Positions 9,355 to 19,700 of a stretch of 64,000 bases of DNA are shown here, one piece after another. The translations under genes were made by a program, and so were the position numbers. Position 1 is the first letter of the stretch, and each line of letters begins with the position of its first letter. The notes beneath the pieces are model-generated. The model saw only the letters and a list, made by a program, of their open reading frames with translations, did not search any database and was not told where the DNA came from. The DNA is from a virus (lineage: Duplodnaviria; Heunggongvirae; Uroviricota; Caudoviricetes): IMG/VR virus record IMGVR_UViG_3300042554_002914. One strand, written 5' to 3'.

Positions 9355-9792
9355 TCAGGGTTTTTCGTAAGTTATGCTTCCACCATTGTTGATGATTTTA
9401 ATGGGGTCATTGTGAAGGACGGCTCTGGTGTTGTTTTCAGTCCTATTGAGTCTGACGTTGCCCTCTTTGCCGAATAAGGGGTGCTTAGCCAACAAGTCCC
9501 TAACATGGCGTTTGGATTCAATGCTGAATGCCCCGAAATAACGGTCAACTGCGTTGTTTTCTGAGCCAGACGTTGTTGTTAGGGGGTTGTTGGGTCTAGG
9601 TTTTTCCGATTGGTTGCCTTTGCGGTATTCCTCTTTTAGGTCACCTTTTGGTTGGCTTAGGTCATCCCTGGATTTTACCTTTCTTTGAAGACTCTTACCA
9701 ATTGGAAAAGAACCGGCAGCATTTTTATAGCCACCTGTTGAATTCAACGGTGTTGGAGTATCCGGTAAGTTAGACTCAAATAGTTCCTTCAT
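9355..9792 (-). CDS. Hypothetical protein
   Basis: 145-aa ORF in operon order. Confidence 0.6.
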   Translation of the reverse strand: MKELFESNLPDTPTPLNSTGGYKNAAGSFPIGKSLQRKVKSRDDLSQPKGDLKEEYRKGNQSEKPRPNNPLTTTSGSENNAVDRYFGAFSIESKRHVRDLLAKHPLFGKEGNVRLNRTENNTRAVLHNDPIKIINNGGSITYEKP

Positions 9793-9814
9793 TGTGGGAT
9801 ACCACCAATGGACA

Positions 9815-10216
9815 TCAGGTTAAAGGTAACCGCAAGCTAGGCAAGAATCCGAGGCATAGCCCCGAAACTTTATCATTCACCCTCCTGACACCAACAATGT
9901 AGTTGGAAGAAAAATACTCACCGGGTTGCGGGATAACGTAGTTATACTTGACAATCTGCCAAATTGGAACCAGAAAAAATGCATGTTCCAGGTCTTCGAT
10001 GCCCTTTACACACAACTTAGCCAAGAGTCTAGGGGTATAGAGCTGGCAGTAGGTTTCGACTTCTTGTACAGTCCCGACTTTATCGTAAAGATTAGCGGGA
10101 TCATCGATGCAACTAAGACCTTCCGATTCTAGTTGTTCTTTAAGTCTTAGTTGCTTTTGGCATTCGTATGTAAATGAGTCCACGAAAGTATCCTGGTCGT
10201 TTGTATGTAAGTTCAT
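9815..10216 (-). CDS. Hypothetical protein
   Basis: 133-aa ORF overlapping the helicase stop codon (ATGA). Confidence 0.6.
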   Translation of the reverse strand: MNLHTNDQDTFVDSFTYECQKQLRLKEQLESEGLSCIDDPANLYDKVGTVQEVETYCQLYTPRLLAKLCVKGIEDLEHAFFLVPIWQIVKYNYVIPQPGEYFSSNYIVGVRRVNDKVSGLCLGFLPSLRLPLT

Positions 10217-13200
10217 ACTTTTACCCCCTTCGCTTCAAACATTTTTTCGCAAGCTTCTTTCCTAAGAATTTCAGCCCTATCTGGTGAATAGCCCTCGTTT
10301 GCCATCCATTTGTCTTGGCATTTAGCTTTAGGATCAAGGATCCTATTTTTGTAGACACCTTCGACTTCACCCAATAGCCCGATTGCCTCGCGGACCAGGT
10401 CCTCTTGGGCATAGCGGCAGTTTTCCCAGTTTTCGATGATGTAGGAAGCTTCGCCACCAATTTTAAAGCCATCCCTAAGGACTAACTTTTCAATCATCTC
10501 CTTGATGATCATCAGGGAAGTTTTTTCTTTAGTTTCCTTCCTAGCGCCAGTAGTCTCATCAAAGAGCATTTCCCGGCCAAGTGAAATTGACTTCTTGACT
10601 GATTCCCACCTTAGCTCTCTGAATCCCTGATAGTAGTGGGTAGAGGGTCTACCTACATTGCACCAGTTATCCTTAAGTAAAGGCATTAAGTGTTGGCAAC
10701 TGGGGTCAACCCCCACAAAATAGAGGCTCTCCAGGTAATCATAAAGGACATTGGGTGTCAATTCCGGCATTCTTTCATCTATGTTTCCTGTGCGGATAAA
10801 ATGAGCAAACGCCATAGCATTGACTAGGGCCTGGGTAACATCTGCCTTGAATCGAATTCTTTGCCGAGTCGTCCAATAACGGACTTCAACTTGGAGGCGA
10901 TTAATGGTGGGATCAGAATCGTCGTTGATGATGTCTAGGAACCTATCAGTACAAAGCCTTAAGCACCATAGATACAAAGCATCTTTGCTTACCCCTAGTT
11001 TTTCTTCGAGGAACGGTATATGAGACTTTGGCCTGAGGTCAGGGGTGCCTTCAGATACGGTGCCTCCCAGATTTTCCTTGTTTTTTGCTACCTCATATTC
11101 TCTGAATGTGCTGATTAGCTTGATGCGGTCAATACCTTGTATTAAAGAAAGGTCGTTAATCTTTCCCCAGGGGTTTACCCTGCTGAATGTTACCATTCAG
11201 AGTAGACTATATCTTCACCCTTCGTTTCCTTTAGGTTGGAAGGGGACACTCGTTTCGGGTCACTTGACCCTACTCCCTCTCGGGATAGTCGTTAGGCGTG
11301 ACCTACTCCAAATAACCAAACTCGATCTTCTTTTCCTTCAGGAGGGTTTGCGCCATTTCAAACGCCTTCCTTTTGCCGAGTTTGTTTATGTTGAACTGCT
11401 TAGTGAATCTTATTTTGGTAACGGGGTGCGTCAAGTGAACACGATAGTATTTGTAGTTGTTGTTTTCCCGATAGGAAATACCTATCGTCCCCGTGTTACT
11501 TCGAGCCCATGTACGCCGGGCTTGGGTGTTACCTTGCTGAGACACAATTCTCAGATTCTGTTTTCTATTGTCTAACCTGTTACCATTGATGTGGTCAACC
11601 ACAGTTGTGCGACTTGGTAAGCGGTCCATTATCAGATTTGCAACAGACCCCATGCCTTCCTTAGAGCAGTAGGCATACCCTGTGTTAGATACTCGCATTT
11701 TTCCAACTTTTGCGAAATCCTCCACATCTAGAAAAACAGAGTGCTTGTAAATTTTAGATTCAACAATTACTTCTACATATCCGTTATGTAGAATAGCGGT
11801 ATTCTTGATCACAGAAATCTCCTTGACTTCAAGGTGAGTAGGTTTATTAGCACGGGATTGTCCTTATAGCAAGGAGTTCCCCCGTTTAGAGTGTGTTTTT
11901 TACTGAGCGTTACCGCCCAGGGGAACTAGAGAGTTAATCCCCGGATCGAGGTCATAAGCAAACTTACTATTCCAATCATTGGAGTTCAGGAGCATGACGG
12001 TTTTAGGCCAGATTTGCTCTGAAGTTTGGAACTTGTCTTCTACTTGTAATACCATGTGTTCAAACGGTGTCGCTAGTTCCGTTCCGGGACTTAACCCAGC
12101 TAAATGTTACCATTTAGAGCAGACTATATCATATTCCCTTAGGAATCTTCCCGTTTCGGATCGCTTGATCCTACTCTCTTTCGAGATAGTCGTTAGGCTT
12201 CGTATCCCCATGGTTTCATGCCTGAGGTATAAAACTCTGAAGATACCTTAGCACGGTAGGTTGCCCTTAAGTATCAAAGGGTATTCCCCGTTTAGAGAAG
12301 TTTTCTCTCGGACATTACTGACCGAGGGGGCCACTAGTTAACCCATTTGTGATCATGATCTTAGTCTCCTCAGCAGAAAGGAATTTCTTAAGAGAAGATA
12401 AGGATGTGTCGTCTTTATCCTATTGTTCGGTCAAACTTCGTTACAGTTCAACCCGAGGTTTCCCTCAGCTACAGGTTTCCCAGTAGAGCAGACTATATCT
12501 TCATCCCTACTTTCATAGGGAGCTTCGCGTTTCCCCTCACTTGAGGGTACGGAGTAAACTCCTAGTCGTTGAGCCTCTTTAACATGTTGGTACCATATTG
12601 AAGTTGGCTGCTGATTGCCCATTGTTTCATCCTCTAGGATTATTAGTTAGTGTTGAGCCAACTACCCGAGGCTCTTAGGGGTTTCCAGCAAATAGCGAAG
12701 TTTTACTTGCGCAAAAGTCTACGCAATGTCACTCATCGCAAAGGACTTAACACCAAATCGTTCTTCAGTGGACTTAAAAGTCCAGATCGAAAATCCGCAT
12801 TTGGAAAAAGCAGCGGTCATACTGTTAAAGCATTCGGATTTCCCAAGTCCAGGATCCTTACCAACTACAACCCCTGCCATACGGGCAGTATGTTGAACTG
12901 CTTTGTCTTTACCTGGTGGGAGGTGATTAGACCTACCTACCCCAATCCTCCCAATAATTAGCTTGAGAATTTCTAACTCAGCTTCTGGAAAAATCGTGAA
13001 TACATCCGACAATTTAACCTGACGAAGCACAGGATCAAACCAATCCCTGTCCGGGACCCAAATCCGGGGATTAGTTACAACAGTTCCCCCCAATCTAGCC
13101 ATCGGATCAAACGTATGGGCAAAATCAAACTCTGGGTAGAAGTTTTTCGATTGGCTGATTTTCTGCATCTTCAACAGACGGGCCGTAAAAGAAGCTAGAT

Positions 13201-13651
13201 CGCTATCGCCCGGTTTCGGACGGTGTAGCGGCTCCCAGAAAGTTCGAACTTCATCTTCGCACAACCCAGGATAAAACACCTTCTCAATGTCTTCAAAATC
13301 TGCCATTTCGGTGATGTCTTGAAGTGGTTTGAAGGTATGGGGATACTTAATCCCTTTGACTTCCGGGGGGGCCGCAGGTTTTAGGATCCGGTGATTAACG
13401 TGGGGTGCGCCTTCTACGAGGTCCAGGATGTAACCCTTCGCCTTTAGTAGGGCAATACCCTTATTATACAACTCACTTACCCTGACAGGCTCTTTTTTCT
13501 TCTTACCTTTCTTGTCTTCGGAGTCTTTTGGATTCTCCCCCTCGTCTTTTTCTGAGGAAAAAACCCTAGCCTTCTTCAATTCTTGGGCTTGATTGAAAAT
13601 GGCGATTTCTTGTTTGGTACTCCCTGTACCACCTGAATAGGGGTCTGGCAT
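10213..13651 (-). CDS. SF3/D5-like helicase (AAA+ ATPase), four exons: 13651-12721, 12418-12341, 12051-11937, 11134-10213; 681 aa spliced
   Basis: Exons sum to 2046 nt in frame and join Walker A GKDPGLGKS, Walker B IAY|KDD, motif B' ITNG|LLQVEDKF, motif C VMLLNSN and the Arg finger DPGI|IDR. Confidence 0.85.
11135..11936 (-). mobile_element. Group I intron 3 (802 nt, IA2-like) carrying an HNH endonuclease
   Basis: 5' site GGGGAU|UAACUC with P1 partner GUUCCC; P/Q elements AAACGGGGGAAC and AAUCCCGUG; R AACGACUAUCCC; S GAAGAUAUAGUC; terminal G. Confidence 0.9.
11303..11812 (-). CDS. Intron-encoded HNH homing endonuclease with AP2-like C-terminus
   Basis: VVDHINGNRLDNRKQNLR; SNTGTIGIS...KQF; GTG start with AAGGAG SD; lies between the Q and R elements. 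Confidence 0.9.
   Translation of the reverse strand: MIKNTAILHNGYVEVIVESKIYKHSVFLDVEDFAKVGKMRVSNTGYAYCSKEGMGSVANLIMDRLPSRTTVVDHINGNRLDNRKQNLRIVSQQGNTQARRTWARSNTGTIGISYRENNNYKYYRVHLTHPVTKIRFTKQFNINKLGKRKAFEMAQTLLKEKKIEFGYLE
12052..12340 (-). mobile_element. Group I intron 2 (289 nt, ORF-less, IA2-like) in helicase
   Basis: 5' site GGGU|UAACUAG with P1 partner GCCC; AAACGGGGAA, AACGACUAUC, GAUAUAGUC core; terminal G. Confidence 0.88.
12419..12720 (-). mobile_element. Group I intron 1 (302 nt, ORF-less) in helicase
   Basis: P1: exon UUGCGU pairs with intron GCGCAA (U.G at the splice site); core CAACGACUA and GAAGAUAUAGUC; terminal G; frame restored. Confidence 0.88.
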
Positions 13652-13682
13652 TTGGTTTCTATAGTAGTTTAGTGGTCGGACA

Positions 13683-13710
13683 AAGAAAGACCCCGGTTGA
13701 TGCCGGGGCT
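13683..13710 (-). terminator. Rho-independent terminator
   Basis: GCCCCGG-CATCAA-CCGGGGT hairpin followed by CTTTCTTT on the minus strand. Confidence 0.7.
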
Positions 13711-13742
13711 AGTTTTAATCCGGGTCAGTTCCCTCGTGGAGA

Positions 13743-14717
13743 TCAGAAAGCGAGAGAGAAGCTTTCGGGGTCTTCCACGAATGTTTGGCATCTCAGGACG
13801 CATTTTGCGGTTGGGAAGCCATTGTAGTCCCCATGCTCAGTGACTTTGAGCACAGCAGGAGAGTCAGGAGTAATAACTGGATCAGCAGCTAATGTCTTCT
13901 TGAGGGCATTGTTAGGTTCGACGATAGCCCAATCAGAAACCTCTCTTTCTTCGGTGACCCATTCACCTTCAACTTGAGTGCGAATCGGAGCAACAAAGGG
14001 CTCGGAAACTTGCACTTGCATGAAGTATTTGATCCCGTATTGACCACCTTCTTTGGCACGGTAAGTCGTTACATTGTACTCACCAAGGGGCAAATGTGCT
14101 ACCTTAAGGAAGGGTCCAACCATGCGCTCGCCGGTACCGAGAGATTCACCGCGCTTGCTGAGGTCACTTGCGATTTGGACTTTTTCAGCAATTGCTTCGG
14201 GATTCTCACCGAGGAGCAGATCCAGTAGTTCTACTGAGATTTTATCTTCGTAGTCAGCGGAACGGATGGGAATTGGCAGCGTGTACAGGGTACCGTCAGC
14301 GGTTGCTGAAACTGCGAGAGCAGGCTCTTTGTATTTGCCAATTTGTTCTTCCTTGAAGGAAAGTTTGGTTCCCTTCCCGATGTTTTCGGTGGTGATTTTA
14401 TCTGTGCTTACTAGCAGGGGGATGTCACGATCACCCCAACGGATGACTAGTCCTCTTTCTTCCGTAGAGAAGACAGTAGGAGAGTAAAGGCGCTTGAATA
14501 CACCGTTTGCATCCGCACGAACAGTAAATGTGTTGGATTCCATGTCAAAATCTTCGCCAGTCAATGCTTTGAAGATAGTGGCAAGGCCCAGACGGTATGT
14601 CTCAGGGAGAGCTTTGTTCGGGATGTCAGTGTATGCCTTGACGTAGGTTTTAGACTCAAGGCGAGCGCGATTTTTGTCGTCGAGTTGAGGATTGATTTTA
14701 AGGGTTGTTACGGCCAT
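13743..14717 (-). CDS. Hypothetical replication-region protein (possibly ssDNA-binding); probable start MAVTT at 14717
   Basis: Long ORF with acidic/aromatic C-terminus (VEDPESFSLAF). Promoter position argues against the track's 14771 start. Confidence 0.7.
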   Translation of the reverse strand: MAVTTLKINPQLDDKNRARLESKTYVKAYTDIPNKALPETYRLGLATIFKALTGEDFDMESNTFTVRADANGVFKRLYSPTVFSTEERGLVIRWGDRDIPLLVSTDKITTENIGKGTKLSFKEEQIGKYKEPALAVSATADGTLYTLPIPIRSADYEDKISVELLDLLLGENPEAIAEKVQIASDLSKRGESLGTGERMVGPFLKVAHLPLGEYNVTTYRAKEGGQYGIKYFMQVQVSEPFVAPIRTQVEGEWVTEEREVSDWAIVEPNNALKKTLAADPVITPDSPAVLKVTEHGDYNGFPTAKCVLRCQTFVEDPESFSLAF

Positions 14718-14775
14718 TTTGTTCTTTAAGTAGAATGTGTGGTTCCATGCTCTATTGCTTGGCACATTCATCTCT

Positions 14776-14803
14776 ATTGTAGTAAGGTGCCCCCGAAAGT
14801 CAA
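14776..14803 (-). promoter_or_regulatory. Sigma70-type promoter
   Basis: TTGACT-N16-TACAAT. Confidence 0.7.
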
Positions 14804-14812
14804 CGGGCCTAA

Positions 14813-16711
14813 TCAGAAGAGCCTGTTTGCCACAAAATACTCAAACCACTGGTTTGCAATTACCATGCCCCCCAAGCCAAAAGTAGCGTATGCAGAATTT
14901 GAGTCGCTTTTTGGTTTCTGCCCATAGGAAGTTAGGTACCGATAAAAATCTGATTTTGTTGAAACTTTGACTAACGAGCTATTGCCTGGATATTGTATAA
15001 CCACCGAGTTGAACTCCCTTTGCTCTGCTGCTGTAAGGGGCCTACCTAGGGGTTTTGCAGCAGGGTTGGGGTTGGGGATTGGGTTGGTTGAAAATGTTGA
15101 GGGTTGGTTGAGTGGCCGGTTGGGGATTGGTTGAGTGGTCGGTTGAGTGGTCGATTGGGTGGCCGGTTGTGATTGAGATATGGGCTTGGCAGTTGCTGCC
15201 TCCTGAGAATTCAACTTAAACGAACCAGGACCCGTTGCAGCGTAGGCAAATACGTCATCCAATGACCAAGCATACCTGACCCAATTTTCTATGGACCCAT
15301 ACTTACCAACTAACCCTAGGGTATTAACAGCAACATCCAACCAATTTTTACCAATTTGCGGGTTCATAAAAGTGCCGAGGCCATTCGTCCTTGAGGCTTG
15401 GATAGATAGATTCACTCCGCCATCGCTTTGTTCGTACTCAACTGAGTTCACAATCCAATCTTCCATAGATCCCCCGGAAAACCCAGGAATAAATATTATG
15501 TCGCATGGCTTAATGCCAGTCAAGGCAGGGCACATAAACAAATTTGCAGAAAGTTTAGCAGTCCGTTCTCTTTGTAGAAGGTGCTTTTTAAATTCCCCCT
15601 CCTCATTACCTTCTAGCCTCATACCTGGCCTAGACATGGAGCCAAAGGTTCCACCTGCACCGTTTGTGTTTTTAGCGTTTTGTGTTACTTGATTTTTTAA
15701 GTCTTGGGTAGATTTAAAGGTAAATCCAGTTTCGCCCAGTGTTACATCAAATCTTTGAACTTTGGGGTTAGTGCTCCTGGTGTTTCGTCTGGTTTTTTGT
15801 CCGGGGGACCATTCTGAAGTTTTTGTCATAGAGTCTATCATAGCAGGCCCTAAGAAATAACCAAACCGTATAGTCGGGTATGTATTAGATCGCTGGCCAG
15901 GTGGTCTATAGCTAACTAGCTCAGAATAGTCATCTTTAGTATAGCCTATTTCCACTAACTTACCGTTTTCTAATTTTTTACCGAGCCAAGAATATGGGGG
16001 AAATATAACTACTCCAGGTAAATCACTAGACACATATCCACTACCTCCCGATGGTAATCTGCTCATTAGATTGTGGAAAAAAGCTATGTTCCCATTCTGT
16101 CCCACAATATTTTCAACCGACTGGGAGAATGTGGTCCCTTCGGAGTAATTTGACAGGACTTTAACTTTTCCTAGCTCCTCACCCACTTTGTCTGCGAAAG
16201 AAATTAAGGTTTTAGGAGTTGTATTATTAGGGTAGAGACGATTAAGTGCCTCTTTTATGCCAAAAAGTTGTTCAACGCTATCTAATGCCCTAAGGAGGGT
16301 TACACCATTTTCAACAGTGACAAAGCTCTTTATGTAACCTTCACAGAGGCCATCCAACTCAGAGTAAAGGCGAACGGTGATGTCCATGTTGCGCCCATAG
16401 CTCTCTGTCTGTCCAGCCCACACAAAGGAAAACGCAATGGCAGGGCCACTCGGATAGTAGTACTTAACGACGATGGTCTTATCATATTTATCCCTAACGA
16501 GACGCTCATATTCTTTGTAGGCTAATGCGCTAGGGTTCCAACTCATGGACCCTGACGGTGTTTGGCCCTCCTCATGGATATTGACTTTTACATTGTAAAC
16601 CAATGGTTGCGGCCCATCGGACCCTGGCCATTTCTCTGCGCCTTTAAAGAAGGTGATATTCTCGTCTCCCCAATAAACTTCGCAGCGTGGTATCAGTAAA
16701 TCTCCGCCCAT
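14813..16711 (-). CDS. Putative baseplate hub / tail protein
   Basis: 632 aa, directly downstream of the tape measure gene; C-proximal IKPCDIIFIP...WIVNSVEY..S hub-like strands; low-complexity PTTQ linker. Confidence 0.55.
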   Translation of the reverse strand: MGGDLLIPRCEVYWGDENITFFKGAEKWPGSDGPQPLVYNVKVNIHEEGQTPSGSMSWNPSALAYKEYERLVRDKYDKTIVVKYYYPSGPAIAFSFVWAGQTESYGRNMDITVRLYSELDGLCEGYIKSFVTVENGVTLLRALDSVEQLFGIKEALNRLYPNNTTPKTLISFADKVGEELGKVKVLSNYSEGTTFSQSVENIVGQNGNIAFFHNLMSRLPSGGSGYVSSDLPGVVIFPPYSWLGKKLENGKLVEIGYTKDDYSELVSYRPPGQRSNTYPTIRFGYFLGPAMIDSMTKTSEWSPGQKTRRNTRSTNPKVQRFDVTLGETGFTFKSTQDLKNQVTQNAKNTNGAGGTFGSMSRPGMRLEGNEEGEFKKHLLQRERTAKLSANLFMCPALTGIKPCDIIFIPGFSGGSMEDWIVNSVEYEQSDGGVNLSIQASRTNGLGTFMNPQIGKNWLDVAVNTLGLVGKYGSIENWVRYAWSLDDVFAYAATGPGSFKLNSQEAATAKPISQSQPATQSTTQPTTQPIPNRPLNQPSTFSTNPIPNPNPAAKPLGRPLTAAEQREFNSVVIQYPGNSSLVKVSTKSDFYRYLTSYGQKPKSDSNSAYATFGLGGMVIANQWFEYFVANRLF

Positions 16712-16725
16712 TTTATTCTCCTTGG

Positions 16726-19700
16726 TTATGCGTAATGGTTTCTCATTTGTTCAACTGCCATGCTAAGCCTCGTTACGACAATAGTTGCCAGTTCTTCTGG
16801 ATCTTGGCCCGGTTGTTGGTGTATGGTGATGGGGGCACTAAGGGTCAAATCTCCGTATCTTTGGGATGCAGTTTCACTGTAAGGTTTGACATCTTTGGGT
16901 ACGGTATCATTAGGTATCAACACCATTCTAAATTTGTCTGCCCCGCCATATACATTTGGGCCCCCAGTCATTGCACCCCTAAACAGATTTTTACCCCCAT
17001 TTCGTGCTATAGCCGCATCAAACCCACTGGAACCTGGTGCCCCACTATTCCATCCTCCGGGGTTTGAAGTGGTGAAAACTAAGGCCCCGCTTGGTATTTT
17101 ACCTGCTTTAACAGCCGATAAATAATCTGAATTTTTAATTACGTTTGCATTAAAATTACCATAGGGGCTTCTAATTTGTTGTGATCCGCCTAAACCGGGT
17201 AAAGATTTCCATCCAAAACTATTTATAAGCTGAGAGGCTAAGCCCCGGGGGTTATTTCCCACGTCTTTCCCGGTTGCAACAGGGTTCGGTATCCTATTCA
17301 TGGCCATGGTTTCTAGAACTGCTGTTACACAGAGGCTACCAAGTCTGTAGGCTAATTTTTTTGTACTCCCCAACTTCAATAGAGTAGGACTAAACCCTAC
17401 AGACCCCATCGCGCTCAGGTCAATGGGTTCTCCACTAGTTTCCACTAGTAGTGGTAAGCCTGAAGGTGTGGTTGCCCCCTGATTCTTAAGAGAATCATCC
17501 CCAAGAGAAAGTTTAATTTGATTTAATTCAGATGTGTAACTTTTGGTAGTTAAGCTAATCTGCTCCAAAGCAAATAACATACTATTTAGAATACCCATCT
17601 TGTTGCTAATTACAAAGAGGGCCGACTTTAGATTGCCTAAGGTAGTTGCGGATGTTTGGGTGTTTTTTGCGGTTCTGGCGGTTTCAGTTGCGGTTCTGGC
17701 AGTATTGGGATTGATTTTGGCTATGTTTGTTGCCGTTCTGACATTGGATGTTGCGGCAGCAGTTATTTGAGCTGGAGACGGCCCCCCGGTGGCAGAAGTA
17801 GTTGAGCCACTTGGTTTTCCACCTAATATGGCCTTGGCTTCTTCTATGTAAGCCTTCAGTTCAACAATTCTATAAATGTCTAAGTTCTTTTTGGTATTAA
17901 TTTCTGCCTGGGCACTTGCAATACCTGCTTTTAGGTTACCCGGCCCCATTATACTTTGATTATAGGCATTCTGCCTGGCCCTAGCCTTCATTTCCTCTCG
18001 CTTAGCCTCATCGAAATCCTTCCAAGCCCCTTCCTGATGGGTCACCATTCTAATCCAAGCCAAAAGAGTGGCCAAGCCTCTGATTCCCATTTCTAGTAAC
18101 TGGAAGGCCCCCGTCAATGGCAGCATAAGGAAAGCTATCAGATTAAATCCATCTTTTACTATACCTAAAGACCTACTTAGATCTCCCATTATCTTGAATA
18201 AGATCTCGGTAGTTTTAATAAACCCCTGGAAAGAACCCCAAATGTTCTTAAAAATTTCTGACAGTGGTTTCTCCAACAGTTGCCCAAATTTAGCACCTAA
18301 TACAGCACCAAGCAAAGGTCCTACAATGGGAATCCACCCCAACAGCACCGATCCTATTGCGGCACCAATAGCCGGACCAGCGCCAGATGCCAAAGAGTCA
18401 AATATATTCTTCCCTTGAAACAAAGAAATTATAGTCTGCAACGCAGCCCCAAATAAAAGGAGTCTCCCTGAAAGCCCTCTAAAGGTTTCTCCGATTCTAG
18501 CTATGTTGGTGGCCGCTACACCCCGAGCTAATCCCCCTATATTAGCAGCTCCCCCCATAGCTAACCATGATACCGACCGGGCCAACCCTAAACCAACCGC
18601 TCGTGGTGCGCCGGAAATAACCCCCGAAGCCCTGGCCATTAACCTAGGGGCTGCACCCAAACCCCTCTCAATAAAGGTCCCAAGCCTGCCAAACAATGAC
18701 AACAATCCGAAAGTAATAATCTGCTGAATGATGGGCATACCGACAGTTAATGCTGCCAATATGGACATTTGCATCGGGGCAGCTTGGAACAAGGTTTGTA
18801 TCGTATTGCCAATTACCTTAAAGAGGGACTCAAATACTAACTTAACTCCTTCAAACCCTTTCGTCGCTTTCCAACCTTCAGCCAAACCTTCGGCGAATGG
18901 CCCTGTTGCCACAATGTTTGTAGCTCCGGACATAATGTCGCCCAGCATTTTAAGGGTTGATCCAATGGCACCGCCAATGGTTTTGCCGACGAAATGTGGT
19001 AAATCAGTTTGAAATAACTTCGTAAAGAGGTCTTTATTTATACTAGCCAAGTCCGCGCTTGGCTTCATTAGCTTATTTCTAATTTCGTTGAAACCCCTTA
19101 AGCCAAATTTACCGTCTAGGAGGCTGATTAAATTGGCCAAAGCCAAAGTAAAACCCCTAGCCCCGGCAGACTTTTTGATCGCTTGTCCGGCAGGGGAGTT
19201 TATCCCCATGCCATTGGCAAGATTTTCAAATCCTTTAGAGAAATAAATGAAACTTCTGTAGAAACTTTGTGCCGTGTCAGCAAGTGGCATCATTATATCG
19301 GCAATACTCCTCAATGGGTCCCAGATTTGAGGGAGTATCGCTGTCAACTCACTAAGTGGCAAACCGAAACCTTTTATGATTTTAGAAATTATTTCAAATA
19401 AACTATAGTCTTCTTCTGCTGCTAGTGCCGCATCTTTAACCACTTGCCCTTGTTTATTTAGGTAACGACCATACTCATCAATTGATTTGCCAATTTTACC
19501 AAACTTTCTACCAAGGCCAAATAGACCTACCTCCGGGTCTAGGAAAGAAGATCTAAACGCTTCAAGGAAACCACTTGTCGAGTTTTTATATGCCTGAATG
19601 ACTTCATTCGGCAGGATCATGTCAAGCAATTCCATGACGACTCTAACCCGGTCAGGTCCCCCTGCTTTTGTGGCCGCCAGTTTCTTCTGCATCTCCGGGT

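Noticed and set aside
10217-10226. GGGTAAA motif just upstream of 9815..10216
   Set aside because: It lies only about 2 nt from the start codon and encodes the helicase C-terminus (GVKV); probably a chance match.
12431-12622. 63-aa ORF inside intron 1 (also 11979..12251 + and 11045..11575 +)
   Set aside because: They overlap conserved ribozyme core elements and have no protein motifs; likely spurious.
10213-13651. Two independent genes (12719..13651 and 10213..11196), or TAG readthrough/recoding at 12719
   Set aside because: The TAG straddles the intron 1 splice site, and the first about 20 aa of the 327-aa ORF are intron 3 sequence. Splicing explains both, and other genes use TAG as a normal stop.
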